Assembly: GCA_002772195.1 (NCBI GenBank)
Contig: PCSG01000397.1
Coordinates: 1 to 35,320 of the forward strand
Length of the DNA stretch: 35,320 nt
Direction of reading: 5' to 3'
Source: Desulfobacterales bacterium CG23_combo_of_CG06-09_8_20_14_all_51_8
GTDB lineage: Bacteria; Desulfobacterota; Desulfobacteria; Desulfobacterales; Desulfosalsimonadaceae
The position numbers and the translations under genes are program-made. Positions within the stretch are counted from its first letter, which is position 1. The number at the start of each line of letters is the position of its first letter. Below the pieces are notes generated by a model that saw only the letters and a program-made list of their open reading frames with translations, ran no database searches and was not told the DNA's origin. This document shows, one piece after another, positions 32,610-35,320 of this stretch.

Positions 32610-33908
32610 ATGCAGATTATAACAACTCATCGAAGCGCTGATTTTGACGGATTTGCATCTGTCATCGCGGGAACCATCCTTTATCCCGGCGCCGTCCCCG
32701 TCCTGCCGAAAACATTGAACCCCAATGTCCGGGCTTTTTTATCCATTCACAAAGATCTTTTTGAGCCCGGATCCATGGATGAAATTGATCCGGCGGAGGT
32801 CAACCGGCTGGTTGTCGTGGATACCTGTAAATGGGCCCGGCTTGAAAAAATGAGCGGTCTGAAAAAAAAAGAAGCCCTGGAAATATTTATTTGGGACCAT
32901 CATGAAAATTCCTGTGATATGACCCCGGCATGGATATGTCAGGAAAAAATCGGCGCTAATATCACCCTGATGATTCGTGAAATCAAAAAGCAAAAGATCA
33001 CGCTAACGCCCATGCAGGCCACGCTTTTTCTCACCGGCCTGTATGAAGATACCGGCAATTTGTCTTTTTCCTCCACCACGGCTGAAGATGCCTATGCCTC
33101 CGGATATCTGCTGGAAAACAAAGCGGATTTGAACATTCTGGCCACGTTTCTGCAGCCGGCATATGGTGAAAAACAGAAAAATATTCTGTTTGAAATGCTG
33201 AAAACCGCTCCCCGGACGAAAATCCATGCGTATACGGTGAGCATCAACACCATGCATATCAACGGACATGTGAGCAATCTGTCTCTGGTGGTGAATATGT
33301 ACCGGGATATTTTAAATGTCGATGCGGCTTTTGGCATTTTCGTCAATGAAGAAAATGAAAAATGCATTGTGATCGGCCGCAGCAGCGTGGAGGACATCAA
33401 CGTCGGATCCATCATGCGCAGCATGGGCGGGGGAGGGCATACCGGCGCGGGTTCGGTCATGTTAAACGCCGTCAATCCGGCGGCGTTGAAAGAATGGCTG
33501 CTGGAACTGCTCAAAGGCAATCAGCAGGCATCGGTGCTGGTCAGTGACCTGATGTCGTATCCTGTGTTCACCGTCAGTCCGGATATGGCCATGAGCGAAG
33601 TGGCTGAAGTGCTGAAGGATAAAGGGTGCACGGGGCTTCCGGTGGTGGATGATGAAAAGCTGGTGGGGGTGATCTCCCGCCGTGATTTCAAGAAAATTAA
33701 AAAACCGTCTCAGTTTCACGCTCCGGTCAAGGCATTTATGAATACGAGAAACATCACCATCGCACCGGATAAAAGCCCTATGGAAGCCGCGCGTCTGATG
33801 GTCAAGCATGATGTGGGCCGGCTGCCCGTGGTCAAGGAGGGGAAAATTATCGGAATTATTTCAAGGTCGGACGCTATGCTGTATTTTTACGACCTGCTGC
33901 CGGATTAG
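32610..33908 (+). CDS. DHH-DHHA1 phosphoesterase fused to a CBS-domain pair
   Basis: 'HRSADFDGFAS' (motif I), 'VVDT', 'WDHHEN' (DHH), 'GGGHTGAGS' (DHHA1 GGGH). C-terminal tandem CBS 'TGLPVVDDEKLVGVISRRD' and 'GRLPVVKEGKIIGIISRSD'. Confidence 0.88.
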   Translation: MQIITTHRSADFDGFASVIAGTILYPGAVPVLPKTLNPNVRAFLSIHKDLFEPGSMDEIDPAEVNRLVVVDTCKWARLEKMSGLKKKEALEIFIWDHHENSCDMTPAWICQEKIGANITLMIREIKKQKITLTPMQATLFLTGLYEDTGNLSFSSTTAEDAYASGYLLENKADLNILATFLQPAYGEKQKNILFEMLKTAPRTKIHAYTVSINTMHINGHVSNLSLVVNMYRDILNVDAAFGIFVNEENEKCIVIGRSSVEDINVGSIMRSMGGGGHTGAGSVMLNAVNPAALKEWLLELLKGNQQASVLVSDLMSYPVFTVSPDMAMSEVAEVLKDKGCTGLPVVDDEKLVGVISRRDFKKIKKPSQFHAPVKAFMNTRNITIAPDKSPMEAARLMVKHDVGRLPVVKEGKIIGIISRSDAMLYFYDLLPD

Positions 33909-33958
33909 ATTTTTTCGTGTGGTCTAATGTTTAAAAAATTCAGACATTCTGACTGATT

Positions 33959-34612
33959 TCACGCTTGGCGGACAACTTCCGCCACCAGTTTTTCGATGCC
34001 GCTGGCCACTTCCTTAATGCCGGGGCCGATCATATAGGCCGGCGTGGTGATGAGTTTATTCCGGGGGTCAATATGGATCTGATCCACCTTGCACGCCACA
34101 TGAATTCCGCCCATGCGCTCGATGGTTTCAATGGTTCCGAAATCATTGCCGATGGTCACTTCCGGGGTTTTATCTTCAAGAATTTTCGCCAAAACCGCAG
34201 GAGAGATGCATAAAGCGCCCACGGGCTTGCCGGCCGCCACCATGCCCCTGACAATTCGGGCGACCTCCGGATGGACGTCCGCATCTTTTCCCTTCAGGGC
34301 ATAATTGCTTAAATTTTTCGCCGCTCCAAACCCGCCGGGAATAATCAGCGCGTCAAGGTCTGCCGGGCGAACGGTTTTGATGTCTTTGATTTTTCCCCTG
34401 GCCACGCGAGCTGATTCCACCAGAACATTTCGTTTTTCATCGCTGGGTTCGCCGGTTAAATGGTTCACCACATGATACTGCATCATGTCGGGCGCCATAC
34501 AGACGGCTTCCGCACCGTTTCGATCCAGGGCCAGCAGGGTAATCACGGCTTCATGAATTTCAACCCCGTCGTAAACACCGCAACCTGAGAGCAATACACC
34601 GATTTTTTTCAT
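33959..34612 (-). CDS. elbB: ElbB-type DJ-1/PfpI family protein (isoprenoid biosynthesis/glyoxalase-like)
   Basis: 'KKIGVLLSGCGVYDGVEIHEAVITLLALDR' and 'DALIIPGGFGAAKNL..ALCISP' are typical ElbB. ATG 34612 (AGGA upstream) is preferred over 34627. Confidence 0.87.
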   Translation of the reverse strand: MKKIGVLLSGCGVYDGVEIHEAVITLLALDRNGAEAVCMAPDMMQYHVVNHLTGEPSDEKRNVLVESARVARGKIKDIKTVRPADLDALIIPGGFGAAKNLSNYALKGKDADVHPEVARIVRGMVAAGKPVGALCISPAVLAKILEDKTPEVTIGNDFGTIETIERMGGIHVACKVDQIHIDPRNKLITTPAYMIGPGIKEVASGIEKLVAEVVRQA

Positions 34613-34648
34613 TTGAGTTTTCCTCATACAGACCGGTAAAAAAATTGA

Positions 34649-34966
34649 TTACTGGATTTTTAGAATAGCCTGATCCGGAAAAACTTTTTCCATAATTTTG
34701 CCGTCTTCATCCAGGATAAAAATTAAAAATCCATTTCCGAAGGCATCCTTTTGCAGATCTCCGAACATCACGGCATGGACTTCATATTTTTTCCCTCTTT
34801 CAGTCGGCAGATGCAGAAGGCATCCCTGGGCGGCTTCCTTGGTGTGAAACGCCGGGATATAGGATACATCGGAGTCTTTGTCATGCAGTCCGAAAAACTC
34901 TTCATTTATCCCCGGATTTTGAACCACAACAAAAACCCAGCTCGTGTCATTCAGTGCCTGCTTCAT
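34649..34966 (-). CDS. Hypothetical 105-aa protein (weakly SseB-N-like)
   Basis: GAGGTGGTG SD upstream of the ATG. 'SYIPAFHTKEAA' resembles the '..lpaFts.e.a' pattern of SseB-type domains. Assignment is tentative. Confidence 0.55.
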   Translation of the reverse strand: MKQALNDTSWVFVVVQNPGINEEFFGLHDKDSDVSYIPAFHTKEAAQGCLLHLPTERGKKYEVHAVMFGDLQKDAFGNGFLIFILDEDGKIMEKVFPDQAILKIQ

Positions 34967-35125
34967 GATATCACCACCTCGTCCATTTTTCCATAATTTA
35001 TGAAACCAACTGAATTTATCAAAAAAAAACTACATTGACCACTGTTTTTTTCAATTATGTTTTCAATTAACGCATGATAAGCAGCAAAAGACTATTATGG
35101 ATTGTATATTCCGGGTGGGCACGCA

Positions 35126-35154
35126 TTGACAGATTGTCGGCAATGGGCTAATTT
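35126..35154 (+). promoter_or_regulatory. Sigma70-like promoter candidate (TTGACA-17 nt-TAATTT)
   Basis: TTGACA 35126-35131, a 17-nt spacer, and TAATTT 35149-35154, about 45 nt upstream of the ATG at 35198. Confidence 0.35.
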
Positions 35155-35197
35155 ATAAAAAAAAAGCCACAACCATCGGATAAAAAAAAGGAACACC

Positions 35198-35320
35198 ATG
35201 TCTTTTTCCAGAACAGACAAACCCTTGCGCCGCATCGGCCTGCTGGCGGATTCCCACGGCCGCCTGGCAGCGATCGTTAACGGCGCGGCATGTCTGAAAC
35301 TGTACCGGGCGGACGCGGTC
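35198..35320 (+). CDS. Probable metallophosphoesterase (YfcE/MJ0936-like), N-terminal fragment; continues past the window
   Basis: 'RRIGLLADSHGRL' matches the first metal-binding motif (D-x-H-G) of calcineurin-like phosphoesterases. AAGGAA SD-like sequence upstream. Confidence 0.55.
   Translation, partial: MSFSRTDKPLRRIGLLADSHGRLAAIVNGAACLKLYRADAV

Overview
This looks like a chromosomal segment from a Desulfobacterota/deltaproteobacterium-like genome; that call is inferred from gene content only. Most of the window is core genes: the 3' end of cysS, adjacent uvrB-uvrC, mdh, purC, and a tightly coupled nine-gene MoxR/DUF58/VWA 'Bat'-type operon on the minus strand (16682-26881). It also carries many second-messenger and polarity signalling genes: an orphan histidine kinase, an MglA-like GTPase, a DUF4388+cNMP protein, a stand-alone PilZ protein, a GAF-HD-GYP protein, a 699-aa multi-PilZ protein with a methyltransferase, and a DHH-DHHA1-CBS phosphoesterase. 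The standout is a visibly AT-richer islet of about 3 kb between cysS and uvrB (~790-3820). There, three imperfect hairpins of 55-60 nt with AAC...GTT ends (integron attC-like; two share an identical loop) delimit compact cassettes. One cassette carries a 509-aa P-loop ATPase fused to a C-terminal TIR domain, a candidate single-gene NADase-type anti-phage or abortive-infection module that I cannot place in a named family. The next cassette is a reverse-oriented HigB/HigA-like toxin-antitoxin pair with its own palindromic operator. An 89-aa orphan ORF precedes the first site. No integrase lies in the window, so the arrangement is CALIN-like. No rRNA, tRNA or CRISPR array was seen. All domain calls come from motif recognition by eye, not from searches.
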